A stretch of 64,000 nucleotides of DNA from the NCBI GenBank assembly GCA_018436925.1, contig JAHDKI010000030.1, forward strand, positions 2,598 to 66,597, in the 5' to 3' direction. Shown piece after piece: positions 42,212-53,183 of this stretch. Numbering within the stretch: position 1 is the stretch's first letter; each line of letters opens with the position of its first letter. Source of the DNA: Syntrophaceae bacterium (GTDB lineage: Bacteria; Desulfobacterota; Syntrophia; Syntrophales; Smithellaceae). Below the pieces are notes generated by a model that saw only the letters and a list, made by a program, of their open reading frames with translations, had not been told where the DNA came from and made no database searches. The position numbers and the translations under genes were made by a program.

Positions 42212-42718
42212 ATGGACCTGACACAATCTCCGGGACGACAGGAAGTCCTTTATCGCTTTGCGGCCCGAAAGGCGCTGGACGATCTCCGCAAAGGCGCCCC
42301 TCTCGATGAAACCCTTGTGGAACATTTGGGTACGCAGCCCGTTTTGACCTATTGCCGGGAGGCCGTCGCCAAAGAAGATAAAGATCTGCTCAAGGACATC
42401 GCGCGCAACGCCAAAGAGCCTCTTCCTTTGAGGCGATTCTGCCTGAAGCTTCTGCGGCCGTTTGAAAAGGACAAGGATGTGCGGGACTGTTTCTACGAGC
42501 TTTGGAAGACGGCTTTCGACTACGAAATCAAAATGGAGGTTCTCTGGGGGCTTCTGGGGCACGCGGATCTGTCGGCCGAAATCTACGCGGACATCGTCAG
42601 CCAGTTCGACAAAGCCAACTGGGACCAGTGGCTGCCGCTCATCGTGGAAAAGCTCGACGGCGAAGCCGGGGAAAAATCCCAGGTCAAGGAACTGATGAAA
42701 ATATATTTCAATCTATAA
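42212..42718 (+). CDS. Hypothetical helical-repeat protein
   Basis: 168-aa ORF 35 nt downstream of the HDOD gene. Composition is helical and HEAT-like. No recognised domain. Confidence 0.55.
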   Translation: MDLTQSPGRQEVLYRFAARKALDDLRKGAPLDETLVEHLGTQPVLTYCREAVAKEDKDLLKDIARNAKEPLPLRRFCLKLLRPFEKDKDVRDCFYELWKTAFDYEIKMEVLWGLLGHADLSAEIYADIVSQFDKANWDQWLPLIVEKLDGEAGEKSQVKELMKIYFNL

Positions 42719-43168
42719 CGGTTTCATCGGCGCTCCGACAAGATCGGACAGTTGCGCCCGGCTGTCGGCATGACGCAGAAGATAGTCTCCGTATTGCACG
42801 TCGAGCATCGTGGTGTGATCCCGGACCCATTCCTTGAGAAACAAAACCATGTTAAACCCCAGTTCAGGGTCTTCCGCCTCGTGGCCCTTTAAAAAGGCGG
42901 CGATTTTCTCCGTGAATTTCTGATGCTCCCGGTTGTGCTCGGCCAGACGGGGATAGCCGATTTTCATCATGATGATGTGCTCCAGATGAAAATGGACCGT
43001 CAAATACTCCACCAGTTCCTCAATCACCGGCAAATACGATCCGGCGTCGCTTTCAAAAAGGTCGATCATCCGGTTGACGATATCAAACAGCTTCCGGTGC
43101 TGCTCATCGAGCGCCTCCACATGGACACTGTAGACCGGATTCCAGACAATCTTCGGAATTTTAACCAC
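42713..43168 (-). CDS. Bacteriohemerythrin (hemerythrin-like metal-binding protein)
   Basis: AAGGAGG lies upstream of GTG 43168. Contains IVWNPVYSVHVEALDEQHRKLF, HFHLEH, HNREHQKF and WVRDH (diiron His/Glu/Asp ligand pattern). Confidence 0.85.
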   Translation of the reverse strand: MVKIPKIVWNPVYSVHVEALDEQHRKLFDIVNRMIDLFESDAGSYLPVIEELVEYLTVHFHLEHIIMMKIGYPRLAEHNREHQKFTEKIAAFLKGHEAEDPELGFNMVLFLKEWVRDHTTMLDVQYGDYLLRHADSRAQLSDLVGAPMKPL

Positions 43169-43226
43169 TGAAAAGGAACCTCCTTACCGTTGCAGTCTTT
43201 ATCGCTTACGTGGTTTCGTCATTTCT

Positions 43227-45485
43227 TCATTTTTTCTTGAGCGCGTCGGCAAAAGGATTATAAAAGGGATCTTTGGCCGGTTTGGCTTTGATCGGCGGCC
43301 GCGCGCCGCCTCCGGCGCGCTTTCCGGACCCGGCGGCATCGGGCTTTTGTCCGGGGTTTTTCTTCATGGACAGAGCAATCCGGTTTCGAGCCGCGTCGAC
43401 CGCCACAACGGTCACGTCCACCTTCTGCCCCACTTTCACCGCCTCCGAGGGCGTCCGGATGAATCGGTCGGCCATTTCACTGATGTGCACCAGACCGTCT
43501 TGATGAACACCCACATCGACAAATGCGCCAAACGCGGTGATATTGGTGACGATGCCGACCATCTTCATCCCCGGCGTCAAATCCGTAATTTTCTCAACGC
43601 CTTCGGCAAATACCACGGGGTCGAATTGCCGTCGGGGATCTCTGCCCGGTCTGGCAAGCTCCGACATAATATCGCCAAGCGTCGGCAATCCGACCGAATC
43701 ATCCAGATAATCCGACAGATTAATCCTGCGCCTTTTTTCTTCATCCGCCATCAAATCCGTAACCGAGCAACCCTGGTCCGCCGCCATTTTTTCCACAATG
43801 GCGTATCTTTCCGGATGGACGGCTCCGGCATCGAGCGGATTGACCCCGTCGCGAATGCGTAAAAAGCCCGCCGCCTGTTCAAAGGCTTTTTCACCGAAGC
43901 GCTTGACCTGTCGAAGCGCGTCGCGCGACAAAAAAGGCCCGTTGGCTTCCCGGTGTTTGACGATGTTCTCGGCAAGCGCCGGCCCCACGCCTGAAACATA
44001 CGACAACAATTCGACGCTCGCGGTGTTGACCTCGACGCCTACGGCATTGACGCAGCTGATCACCACATCATCGAGAGCCTTCTGAAGCAGGCTCTGATCC
44101 ACGTCATGCTGATACTGGCCCACGCCGATGGACTTGGGATCGATCTTGACGAGTTCCGCCAGCGGGTCCATGAGTCGCCGCCCGATGGAGACGGCTCCGC
44201 GCACCGTGATGTCATGGTCCGGAAACTCGCGACGCGCCGCATCCGAGGCCGAATACACCGATGCGCCGCTTTCGTTGACCATGACGACAACCGGCGCGGC
44301 AGACAAAGCCAGCCCGCGCAGAAAACGTTCCGTCTCTCTGCCGGCCGTGCCGTTTCCAACCGCAACCGCTTCGATGCCGAACCGCTCGCAGAGCGTTTCC
44401 ACCTGACGCGCCGCCCGCGCGCGGGCCGCCTCTGAACCGAATGGCTGGATGGTTTCAAAGTGCAGGAGCTTCCCCTGACGATCCAGACATACAAGCTTGC
44501 ACCCCGTGCGAAATCCCGGATCGACCGCCAAAACGGATCGCTGTCCCAGAGGGGGCGCCAAAAGCAGCTGGCGCAGATTCTCGGCAAAGACCCGGATGGC
44601 GGTTTCATCGGCTCTTTTTTTGGTGTCCAGGCGGACCTCCGTCTCAATGGACAAAGACAACAGGCGTTTGTAGCCGTCGGAAACCGCCTGTCTCACCTGA
44701 TCGGAGGCCTCGCCGGCCCCCGTGATGAAAAGCGTTTCCAAAACGGCCAGAGCTTCCGGTTCCGGCGGCATCATGGACAAAGAAAGGATTTCTTCCCGTT
44801 CTCCCCGACGCATGGCCAGCACCCGATGGGACGGCGCGGCGGCAATCGGCTCTTCCCAATCGAAATAATCCCGGTATTTGGCGCCGGTTTCTTCTTTTCC
44901 GGAGATCACCTTTGAGCGGATCTTTCCCTGATTCATAAATACATTGCGCATTTGGGAGCGAGCGGCCGCATCCTCGCTGATGCGTTCGGAAATAATGTCC
45001 CGGGCGCCGGAAAGCGCCTCCTTCGCGGATGCCACCCCTTTTTCGGGATCGACAAAGCCTAAAGCCTCGGTCAGCACGTCAAAATCCTCCTGACGGAAAA
45101 TCTTTTCCGCAAGCGGGTCCAGACCTTTTTCCCTCGCCACGGTCGCCCTCGTTCTGCGTTTGGGCCGATGAGGCAGATAGATATCTTCAAGCGCGGCAAG
45201 GGTTTCCGCGCCGTGGAGCCGCGCTTCGAGCTCCGCTGACAGCAAATTGCGCTCCTGGAGAGATTTGATGATCGCCTCCCTGCGGGCTGCAAGCGCCGCC
45301 AACTCCTTGAGGCGGTCGCGGATGGCGGCAATCGCCACTTCGTCGAGCGAGCCGGTCATCTCTTTTCGGTAACGCGCGATAAAGGGCACGGTTGCGCCAT
45401 CGTCGAGCAACTGCGCGACGGACGATACCTGTTTTTCAGTCATTTCAAGCTCTTTTGCGACCTTCACGATCGGATTGACGGGCAT
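43227..45485 (-). CDS. tex: Tex-like transcription accessory protein (YqgF/HhH/S1 domains)
   Basis: ATG 45485 gives MPVNPIVKVAKELEMTEKQVSSVAQLLDDGATVPFIARYRKE, the canonical Tex N-terminus. The C-terminal S1 domain is GMKMVGIVTNITAFGAFVDVGVHQDGLVHISE. Confidence 0.9.
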   Translation of the reverse strand: MPVNPIVKVAKELEMTEKQVSSVAQLLDDGATVPFIARYRKEMTGSLDEVAIAAIRDRLKELAALAARREAIIKSLQERNLLSAELEARLHGAETLAALEDIYLPHRPKRRTRATVAREKGLDPLAEKIFRQEDFDVLTEALGFVDPEKGVASAKEALSGARDIISERISEDAAARSQMRNVFMNQGKIRSKVISGKEETGAKYRDYFDWEEPIAAAPSHRVLAMRRGEREEILSLSMMPPEPEALAVLETLFITGAGEASDQVRQAVSDGYKRLLSLSIETEVRLDTKKRADETAIRVFAENLRQLLLAPPLGQRSVLAVDPGFRTGCKLVCLDRQGKLLHFETIQPFGSEAARARAARQVETLCERFGIEAVAVGNGTAGRETERFLRGLALSAAPVVVMVNESGASVYSASDAARREFPDHDITVRGAVSIGRRLMDPLAELVKIDPKSIGVGQYQHDVDQSLLQKALDDVVISCVNAVGVEVNTASVELLSYVSGVGPALAENIVKHREANGPFLSRDALRQVKRFGEKAFEQAAGFLRIRDGVNPLDAGAVHPERYAIVEKMAADQGCSVTDLMADEEKRRRINLSDYLDDSVGLPTLGDIMSELARPGRDPRRQFDPVVFAEGVEKITDLTPGMKMVGIVTNITAFGAFVDVGVHQDGLVHISEMADRFIRTPSEAVKVGQKVDVTVVAVDAARNRIALSMKKNPGQKPDAAGSGKRAGGGARPPIKAKPAKDPFYNPFADALKKK

Positions 45486-45615
45486 GGCGATTCCTTTGTC
45501 GAAAAAGTGAGCGGCAGCATTAGCACACCCTCTTTTGGGTTGCAACCGGGCAGTTTATGTTTTAGGTTTTTTGTCCGATATATCATTAGGAATGGCAAAG
45601 GCGGCGGCAGAATGA

Positions 45616-48600
45616 ATGTTCTCCGATGCATGCAGATTTTTCGATGCCAACCGCCCGGACCGGACACTCCGCGATAATCATGAACCGATCCGGGTCGACG
45701 ATCGTTCAACGGACAGCCGAATGAGAAAAGCCGCAGATCAATCTCCCTGGGAGGTCTTCCTGACCGCCCTCGATAAAGCCGCGGAAGGCGATTACACAAA
45801 GAGGATCGAAACCGGCCAGGGCGACGATGCCCTGCTTGCGCGCGCGGCTGCGGCCGTCAATACGCTTCTGGATAAAACCCAAAAACGCATCGACGGCCTT
45901 GAGACCTTCGTCCGGGATCAGGCCCGCGACGCCAGGCGCTACCGCCACATGCTCGATACGATGGAGGAATCCTATTTCGAAGTCGATTTGAAAGGCAATC
46001 TGGAGTTTCACAACGAGACGGTCGTTCGCGATACGGGCTATTCGGAGTCGGAACTCCGGGGCATGAATTTCAAACAGCTGGCGGACGAACAAAGCCACGA
46101 AAGAGTCTATTCGACGTTTCATCAGGTTTTTCTCACGGGCCAGGCCGTCAAGGGCTTCGACTGGGTCATTCGCAAAAAAGACGGCGGCGTGATCGATGTC
46201 GAAGCCTCGGTGGCGCTTCTGCGCGACGCCTCCGGCAAACCGTGCGGATTCCGGGGCGTTGTAAGGGATGTCACCGGCCGGAAACGCTCTGAGCAGGCGC
46301 TTGTGGCAAGCCGGCGAAAATACCGCGACATCCTGGAAAATATGGAGGAAACCTACCTCGAGACCGATCTCAAAGGCAACTTCTTGTTTTTCAATGATTC
46401 ACTGTGCCGGGTGCTGGGATATTCCCGCTCCGAATTGCAGGGCACGAATTACCGTCTCATCAGTCCGCCGGAAAATCTCTACTCCATCCGGAAAATGTTC
46501 CATGAGATTTATGTCACCGGACAGCGTAAAACCTTTTTCAATCATCGGCTCATCGCCAAAAACGGCTCCGACATCTACCTGGAGATGTCCATATCGCTTC
46601 TGCGTTCGCCTTCGGGCGAGCCGTTGGGGTTTGCCGGCGTCGGGCGGGATGTCACCGAAAAGCTCGCGGCCGAGCGACAGCTTGTCGAAAGAGAAAGGCG
46701 TCTGCGGCTCATCACGGACAACATCCGCGACGTCATCTGGACGATGGACTTCGATTGGAATTACACTTACATCAGCCCCTCCATCCAACACCTGATCGGC
46801 TATACCCCCGAAGAAGTCAAAAGGACTCCCTTTGGAAAAACCGTTCCGCCCGATATTTTCAAAAAGATGCAAAAAGGCCTTGCCGAGGCGCTGGCGCGGG
46901 AAAAAGACAAGAACCCCGTCATTCCGGGAGAAAGCCGGATTTATGAAGTGCCCCTGCGGCGGCGCGACGGCGAAATCGTCTGGACGGAGGTTCGGTCGAA
47001 TTTCAATCGGGATGAAAACGGCAACCCCTTCGAACTGGTCGGCGTCGTGCGCGACATCACTGAACGCAAGAAAGTTCAAGACGCGCTGGCCGAAAGCGAA
47101 GCCATTTACCGCAAAACGCTCGAGACCACCAGCGACGGCGTCGCCATCATCCAGGAGGGGCGCTACGTCTATTTCAATGAACGATTCTTAAGCACATTGG
47201 GCATTCCTGAAGGCTACCAGGCCGGCGGTGAACCGCTGGGCGCGCTGATGCATCCCGACGACCGCACAGCCGTCCTCGACAGCTACGGTAAACACCTCCG
47301 GGGCCAATCGGCCCCATCGAAGCATGAGGTGCGCGTCATTCGCCCCGACGGAAAAATGATCACCTTGATGGTGACCTCCGCGGCGACCGTCTATCGGGGC
47401 AAACCGGCCGTTTTGAATTTCATGCAGGACATCACCGAGGCCAAACGCGCGGAGCAGGCGCTCAAGGAAAGCGAACAGCGCCACCGCCTGATTGCCGAAA
47501 ATGTCGATGATATCATCTGGACGATGGATTTTGACATGAACTGGACGTATCTAAGCCCATCGGTCCAGCGCCTGACGGGATTTTCGGCGGACGAAATTCT
47601 GCGGATTCCCGTCCGCGCCATGCTGCCTCCGGAAACATACAGCCGGGTTCGAACCCTCATCGACGAGGAACTGGCCAAAGAAAAAAACCGCGACGTTTCA
47701 GAAAAACGCGAGCCGGTCACCATTCAAATGCCGCTGATGCGCAAGGACGGATCGGTCTTCTGGGTGGAGCTCAGCGCCAACTTCAATCGCGATGAAAACG
47801 GCAGGCCTTTTGAAATCGTCGGCGTCACCCGCAACATCTCGGAACGCAAAAAAGCGGAGGAAGCCCTTCTGGCAAGCGAACAGCGTTACCGCATTCTGTC
47901 GGAAAACATCAACGATGTGATCTGGATTCTTGACCTGAATATGAACTACCTCTACGTCACCCCCTCGAACTCGCGCATCACCGGCTATACGACCGAGGAG
48001 GTGATGCGCTCGTCGCTGGCCGAGCTCATCACACCCGACTCGCTAGAACGGGCGGGGGCCGTACTGGCCGAAGAGCTGGCTGTGGAAAACAGCGGCCAGC
48101 CTGTCAATCCGAACCGCTCCCGCATGCTGGTCATTGAAGCCAAGGCAAAGGGCGGAGGCACGGTTTGGCTGGAGGTCATCGCCACGTTCAACCGCGACGC
48201 GGAAAACAGACCCACGGAAATTCTGGCCGTGGGGCGCGATATCACCGAACGCCGCCGCATGGAGCAGGCGCTCGCCGAAAGCGAACATCGCTACCGTCTG
48301 ATCGCCGAAAATGTCAATGACATCGTCTGGACCATCGGTCTGGATCTCAAATTTCTTTACGTGAGCCCCTCTTCCACACGCGTGACCGGCTATTCGCCGG
48401 AAGAGGTGATGAACGATGCCTTGGAAAAGGTTCTCTCTCCGGATTCTTATCTTTCAGCCACCCGGCGTCTGGCTGAAGAGCTGGAGCTGCAGAAGGATCC
48501 GCCTCCGGAGGGATTCAATCGCGCCGTGACGCTGGAGGTCGAAGCGATCCACAAAAACGGAAACACCTTCTGGCTTGAGGTCACCGGCACCTTCAACCGC

Positions 48601-50643
48601 GATTCCACAGGAGCCATCACCGAGATTCTCGCCGTGGGACGCGACATCACCGAACGAAAGAAAGTGCAGCAGTCGCTCAAGGAAAGCGAACAGCGCTACA
48701 GAATGATCGTGGAAAACGTTCACGACAGCATTGCGATTCTGGATCTGGACCTGAATTATCTCTATGTCAGCCCTGCAGAGGAAAAAATTACCGGATTCAA
48801 GCCCGAGGAAATCGCGAAGATCCCCCTTCGGGAGCAGATGACACCCGCCTCTTACGCCCGAGTGGAGCGGGCCTTCGCAGAGGAGATTGAACTTGAATTC
48901 AGCGGCAAACCCTTGGATCCGAACCGGTCGCGAACGCTCGAGCTCGAAGTGTACCACAAAAACGGCGGCACAATCTGGGAGGAATTAACGGCGGCCTTCA
49001 CCCGCGACGGGCAGGGACGCCCCAACGGGCTGATGATCACCACCCGCAACGTCACCGAAAGGATTCAAGCGGAAGAAGAACTCAAAAGGAGCGAACAGCG
49101 CTACCGGATGATCATCGAAAACATGCGCGAAGTGATCTGGACAACGGATTTGAGTTTGAACAACACCTATGTCAGCCCATCATGCCGGCAACTGACCGGA
49201 TACACGCCGGAAGAGATTCTCAAAACGTCTCCGGAGCAAATTATGACGCCGGAATCGATGGCTGTGACGGCGAACATCGTGCAGGAAGAAATGAACCGTG
49301 AATTTTCAGGCGAGCCGGCCGATCCGCATCGGACACGCACCCTTGAACAGGAAATCATCTGCAAAGACGGCTCCACGGTCTGGCTCGAGGTGACGGGAAC
49401 CTTCATTCGCGATGAACAAGGGCAGGCCACCGGCATGCTGATGGCCGGCCGCGATGTAACGGCGCGTAAAAAAGCGGAAAATGAACGGACCAGTCTGGAA
49501 CAGCAGTTGATGCAGGCTCAGAAAATGGAAACGGTCGGCCGCCTGGCCGGCGGCGTCGCCCACGACTTCAACAATATGCTCAGCGTCATTTTAGGTTACG
49601 TCGATCTGGCCAAAATGCGCCTGGCCAGACAGCATCCGGTTTTGAAGGACATTGCGGAAATCGAAAAAGCGGCGCTGCGGTCGCGGGACATCACCATGCA
49701 GCTTCTGGCTTTCTCCCGCAAACAGGTCATCGAACCCAAAATCGTCGATCTGTGCGAGCTCGTCGCCCATACGCAAAAAGCCATCGCGCGGCTCATCGGC
49801 GAGGATATCGATCTTACGGTGCTTGCCGGAGACGGCATCGGAGCGGTCAAGATCGATCCGTCACAGGTGGAGCAAATTCTCATCAACCTGGCCGTCAATG
49901 CCCGCGACGCCATGCTCCAGGGGGGCAAACTGATTATCGAGATCGCCGACGCGACGCTCGATGAGGCCTACTGCGAAAGGCATATCGGATCCACCCCGGG
50001 GCGTTATGTCCGCTTGTCGGTCAGCGACAACGGCACCGGCATGGATAAAGAAACGCTCAAACACATCTTCGAGCCGTTTTTCACCACCAAGGAAGAAGGC
50101 AAGGGAACGGGGCTGGGTCTGGCTACGGTCTACGGTATCATCAAACAAAATGACGGCTACATCAACGTATACAGTGAACCGGGATACGGAACGACCTTTT
50201 CGCTTTATCTGCCGAGTGTCGGAGACATCATCGACAAGCAGGATTCAGCGGAGGATTCCGACATCGACCTGACCGGCAGCGGGCGGATTCTGCTTGTGGA
50301 AGACGATCCGATGGTTTTACAAATCGCCAGGGGCATGCTCGAATCTCTGGGGTATTGGGTTACGGCAACCCACCACCCCAAAGAGGCCATCGCGATTTTC
50401 ACGGAGGCTGAAGAACCTTTCGATCTGGTGATCACGGACGTGGTGATGCCGTCCATGAGCGGAAAAGATCTGAAAAGCCGGCTGAATGAAACCCGGCCCG
50501 ACCTCAAGGTGCTTTTCATGTCCGGCTACACCGCGGACATCATCGCCCACCACGGCGTCCTCGAAGAAGGCATCCAGTTTCTGCAAAAACCTTTCACCAT
50601 TCAGTCGCTCGCCCGGAAGGTCAACGATATTCTACTGAAATAG
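45616..50643 (+). CDS. Giant cytoplasmic hybrid histidine kinase: HAMP-like remnant, 9 PAS domains, HisKA (AHDFNN type), HATPase_c, REC
   Basis: Nine PAS units, each ending in ...[12 protein letters not shown]-box is [15 protein letters not shown] and G boxes are [17 protein letters not shown] and GTGLGL. Receiver is ILLVEDDP...[14 protein letters not shown]...KPF. The start could also be ATG 45721. Confidence 0.85.
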   Translation: MFSDACRFFDANRPDRTLRDNHEPIRVDDRSTDSRMRKAADQSPWEVFLTALDKAAEGDYTKRIETGQGDDALLARAAAAVNTLLDKTQKRIDGLETFVRDQARDARRYRHMLDTMEESYFEVDLKGNLEFHNETVVRDTGYSESELRGMNFKQLADEQSHERVYSTFHQVFLTGQAVKGFDWVIRKKDGGVIDVEASVALLRDASGKPCGFRGVVRDVTGRKRSEQALVASRRKYRDILENMEETYLETDLKGNFLFFNDSLCRVLGYSRSELQGTNYRLISPPENLYSIRKMFHEIYVTGQRKTFFNHRLIAKNGSDIYLEMSISLLRSPSGEPLGFAGVGRDVTEKLAAERQLVERERRLRLITDNIRDVIWTMDFDWNYTYISPSIQHLIGYTPEEVKRTPFGKTVPPDIFKKMQKGLAEALAREKDKNPVIPGESRIYEVPLRRRDGEIVWTEVRSNFNRDENGNPFELVGVVRDITERKKVQDALAESEAIYRKTLETTSDGVAIIQEGRYVYFNERFLSTLGIPEGYQAGGEPLGALMHPDDRTAVLDSYGKHLRGQSAPSKHEVRVIRPDGKMITLMVTSAATVYRGKPAVLNFMQDITEAKRAEQALKESEQRHRLIAENVDDIIWTMDFDMNWTYLSPSVQRLTGFSADEILRIPVRAMLPPETYSRVRTLIDEELAKEKNRDVSEKREPVTIQMPLMRKDGSVFWVELSANFNRDENGRPFEIVGVTRNISERKKAEEALLASEQRYRILSENINDVIWILDLNMNYLYVTPSNSRITGYTTEEVMRSSLAELITPDSLERAGAVLAEELAVENSGQPVNPNRSRMLVIEAKAKGGGTVWLEVIATFNRDAENRPTEILAVGRDITERRRMEQALAESEHRYRLIAENVNDIVWTIGLDLKFLYVSPSSTRVTGYSPEEVMNDALEKVLSPDSYLSATRRLAEELELQKDPPPEGFNRAVTLEVEAIHKNGNTFWLEVTGTFNRDSTGAITEILAVGRDITERKKVQQSLKESEQRYRMIVENVHDSIAILDLDLNYLYVSPAEEKITGFKPEEIAKIPLREQMTPASYARVERAFAEEIELEFSGKPLDPNRSRTLELEVYHKNGGTIWEELTAAFTRDGQGRPNGLMITTRNVTERIQAEEELKRSEQRYRMIIENMREVIWTTDLSLNNTYVSPSCRQLTGYTPEEILKTSPEQIMTPESMAVTANIVQEEMNREFSGEPADPHRTRTLEQEIICKDGSTVWLEVTGTFIRDEQGQATGMLMAGRDVTARKKAENERTSLEQQLMQAQKMETVGRLAGGVAHDFNNMLSVILGYVDLAKMRLARQHPVLKDIAEIEKAALRSRDITMQLLAFSRKQVIEPKIVDLCELVAHTQKAIARLIGEDIDLTVLAGDGIGAVKIDPSQVEQILINLAVNARDAMLQGGKLIIEIADATLDEAYCERHIGSTPGRYVRLSVSDNGTGMDKETLKHIFEPFFTTKEEGKGTGLGLATVYGIIKQNDGYINVYSEPGYGTTFSLYLPSVGDIIDKQDSAEDSDIDLTGSGRILLVEDDPMVLQIARGMLESLGYWVTATHHPKEAIAIFTEAEEPFDLVITDVVMPSMSGKDLKSRLNETRPDLKVLFMSGYTADIIAHHGVLEEGIQFLQKPFTIQSLARKVNDILLK
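46670..49490 (+). repeat. Intragenic tandem array of PAS-encoding modules (about 405 nt period)
   Basis: The module-initial string GAAAGCGAACAGCG or a close variant recurs at 47467, 47872, 48277, 48682 and 49088. Spacings are 405, 405, 405 and 406 nt. Related copies lie near 46686 and 47092. Confidence 0.7.
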
Positions 50644-50653
50644 GACGCGTCAG

Positions 50654-51115
50654 TTATTCGGGCTTCTGCGCCGTGATGAGCTTGACAAACCGGTTCTGGA
50701 CCAGATGGTTTTTGCCGTCCATCTCCAGCCGGAAAAAGGCGTCGCGCGAATTGAGAAAGTCCGACAGGCGCGAATGCGTCTCCGGCAGGGCGAAAGACAC
50801 TTTGCCGCTTAAGACCTTGCCGTTGAGCAACAGAATATCAACCCGCACCTGCTTGTATCCGGGCAGAAAGTTGTCCGACTCTTCATCGCCCTCGATGGAC
50901 GCCATCATGATGTTTTCCTTCCGCAGCAAAACAATTTCCCCCGTTTCGGACACTTCAAAGGGAAGATAATTGCGGTCCCGGGACAAAAGCTCTGAAATCA
51001 GCTCGGTGCCGGAATGATCTTCCGCCGCGACGGAGACAAAAAAGGATCCCGTCATCCGGCTTCCGTCTTCGAAACAAAGGACAACCTGTTTTTTGACCGT
51101 TTCAATTTTCAGCAT
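50654..51115 (-). CDS. Hypothetical protein made of two tandem copies of an about 70-aa beta-rich module
   Basis: The halves align: KKQVVLCFEDGSRMTGSFFVS...LSRDRNYLPFEV...EIVLLRKENIMM against YKQVRVDILLLNGKVLSGKVSF...LNSRDAFFRLEM...NHLVQNRFVKLI. It is the last gene of the pilT operon, 36 nt after the upstream stop. Confidence 0.6.
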   Translation of the reverse strand: MLKIETVKKQVVLCFEDGSRMTGSFFVSVAAEDHSGTELISELLSRDRNYLPFEVSETGEIVLLRKENIMMASIEGDEESDNFLPGYKQVRVDILLLNGKVLSGKVSFALPETHSRLSDFLNSRDAFFRLEMDGKNHLVQNRFVKLITAQKPE

Positions 51116-51151
51116 AGTCTACCCTTTTCTTAAGATCTGTTGTCCGAACGC

Positions 51152-53161
51152 TCAGGCCTGGCCGCCGACGCCGGCCTCATCGGCCAGACGCGCCCATTCC
51201 ATTAATAGCGACATGGCGCTGTCATGAATCGTCCGGTTTGGAAAATTCGTTGAGGTGGTGATTTCAAAGTCGCCGTCCTGCCAGGCCATCAGGCGGTAAA
51301 ACGCTTCTTGTCCCTCCATCCGGTCGGTCTGCGCGTGGATGATTTCCCCCTGGCGGATGTAGATGACCCCTTTTTGGTTTTGACTGTTGGTGAAATGGAC
51401 TTCCACGTCCTTCTCGCCGATCGTCAGCGTCTGAATGATATCCGTGGCGCTCATGTCCTGAAGCGTGCCGGTGATGCCTCGGCGCGCGCCGCGGGCCGCT
51501 TTGAGATTGAGGATGTTGCGCGCCTTGAGCGACAGCATATCCAGATCGACCGGCTTTCGGAAAAAATCGTCGGCGCCCGCCTCGAGGCACTGCGCGGCAA
51601 GCTTTGCCCCCTCTTCCGCGGTCAAAAAGAAAAACGCGATCCCCGCTGAAGACGGGTTCTGGCGCAGGACGCGGCAGAACTGCAGGCCGTCGGTTTTCGG
51701 CAGCGTCACTTCGGAGATCACCAGATCCGCGCCCATGTCGAAAACGACCCGGGCCGCCTGATGGGCGTCGGCCACCACCGTGACGTCATAGCCGTCGTTG
51801 GCGAGCCTGAGCGCCAAAGCGGATTCTTTTGAACTCTCCGGATCGACCACCAGGACGCGCCCGCCCGCGCGGCCCGCGTTTTTGAGAAATTCCTCATCCT
51901 TGATCACATTGAGAAAAGCCTCGAGTAGCGACTTGTCCGTTGCCCCGTCGCCTCGCGCGCCCAATTCCCGGCGGACCCGATCCATATCGCCTGCGATCTC
52001 CGGCCGGGTCTTTTTCATGTCCATGTATTTGTTCACCAGCGCCAGAATCTGGGCTTCCACCCTCCCCCGTATGGCTTTTTGTTCTTCGAGATCCAAAATG
52101 TCTTCTAAAGGGTAAGGCGCGGCAAGATGCTCCCGAATCATCGGGCCGACGCCGGGCGCGGACAACCAGGCCGCCAGCACGACGCCGTCGACCTGCACGG
52201 AGGCAAGCCCCATCCGCATCGACAACAATTTGCAGTAGCGCGCCTTGGTGACGATCTGACCGAGCTGATCCTGGTCTTTGACGGCCCGGCGGACGATAAA
52301 CATGACCAGCGAAATGAGCGCCTCGCTCATCTGCGCGTAAGGGTATTCCTGCCCCAGAAGCATGGTCCGCAGATTATAGCAGGAAATAAAATGCGGCAAA
52401 ACGTCCGCCGGAATGTCCCGGGTCCAGGTTCCGTGAGGCTTAAAGTAGCGGCCGTTGGCCACGATCATGTCGGCCTGTTTTTCCGCAAGCAGGGCGGCCG
52501 CGTCCTTGGCGGAAGCCGCCCAACGGACATCGGGATACCCTTCCCGCCGCAGAAGCGTCAAAAGCGCGCGGGCACGGTCGAGATCCGGTTCCAGAAGGAC
52601 CATCTTGCTGCCGCTTTGCGGCTCTTCCTCCAGATCCATCCCTTCCCGGGTCTTTCGATCCGACGTGACAATGGTAAACCCCTTGGGGACTTCGAGCTCC
52701 CGTTCGGGAACATAGGCTTTTCCCTGATAATGGACGCCGATGGCTGTGAGAATTTCGGACGCGGACGCAACGGTGAATTCCAGATTGACGGGAGTGCCGA
52801 TGCTTCTGGTGATGTTTTTGTGCAGCTCGGGATCGTGCGGATCGTCGGAGGCCAGCACCAGCGTTGCGGTTTTCTCGTCGTATCGGTAGGGAAAGACTTT
52901 CAGCGACTGCGCCGTCCGGGCCGGCAGCTTCTTTTTAGCCGCCTGCTGGGGCGCTTCGTGCAGAAGCGGCCGGTAAGGGCGGAAATGCATCTCGGAGAGG
53001 GCTTCGCCCAGGGCGGCATGGCTGAGCATTTTCAGAAAAACGATGGCCTCATCCAAAGGCATGTCCATGGTGAGCGCATAATCCTGGGCCCGCGCGAGCT
53101 GGTCCTCGGAAAGTCTGCCCGATGCAATGAGATGTTGACTGAATCCTGAAACGTCCTTCAT
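51152..53161 (-). CDS. Multidomain signalling protein: GspE_N (T2SSE_N)-like domain, pseudo-receiver, degenerate HD-related helical domain, REC-like domain, DUF4388
   Basis: The N-terminus LIASGRLSEDQLARAQDYA...LVLASDDPHDPEL...ILTAIGVHY resembles T2SSE_N. The first receiver-like domain has Asn at the acceptor site (ADMIVANG). The second has Glu (ADLVISEVTLPKTDG) but keeps the T and K positions (FLTAEE, FFRKPV). The C-terminal LQDMSATDIIQTLTIGEKDVEVHF...GVIYIRQGEIIHAQ...GQEAFYRLMAWQDGDFE matches DUF4388. Confidence 0.8.
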   Translation of the reverse strand: MKDVSGFSQHLIASGRLSEDQLARAQDYALTMDMPLDEAIVFLKMLSHAALGEALSEMHFRPYRPLLHEAPQQAAKKKLPARTAQSLKVFPYRYDEKTATLVLASDDPHDPELHKNITRSIGTPVNLEFTVASASEILTAIGVHYQGKAYVPERELEVPKGFTIVTSDRKTREGMDLEEEPQSGSKMVLLEPDLDRARALLTLLRREGYPDVRWAASAKDAAALLAEKQADMIVANGRYFKPHGTWTRDIPADVLPHFISCYNLRTMLLGQEYPYAQMSEALISLVMFIVRRAVKDQDQLGQIVTKARYCKLLSMRMGLASVQVDGVVLAAWLSAPGVGPMIREHLAAPYPLEDILDLEEQKAIRGRVEAQILALVNKYMDMKKTRPEIAGDMDRVRRELGARGDGATDKSLLEAFLNVIKDEEFLKNAGRAGGRVLVVDPESSKESALALRLANDGYDVTVVADAHQAARVVFDMGADLVISEVTLPKTDGLQFCRVLRQNPSSAGIAFFFLTAEEGAKLAAQCLEAGADDFFRKPVDLDMLSLKARNILNLKAARGARRGITGTLQDMSATDIIQTLTIGEKDVEVHFTNSQNQKGVIYIRQGEIIHAQTDRMEGQEAFYRLMAWQDGDFEITTSTNFPNRTIHDSAMSLLMEWARLADEAGVGGQA

Positions 53162-53183
53162 CAGGAATGCTCCGCCTCGCCGA

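Noticed and set aside
52127-53149. 340-aa plus-strand ORF.
   Set aside because: It is antisense to the GspE_N/REC/DUF4388 gene and has low-complexity basic composition.
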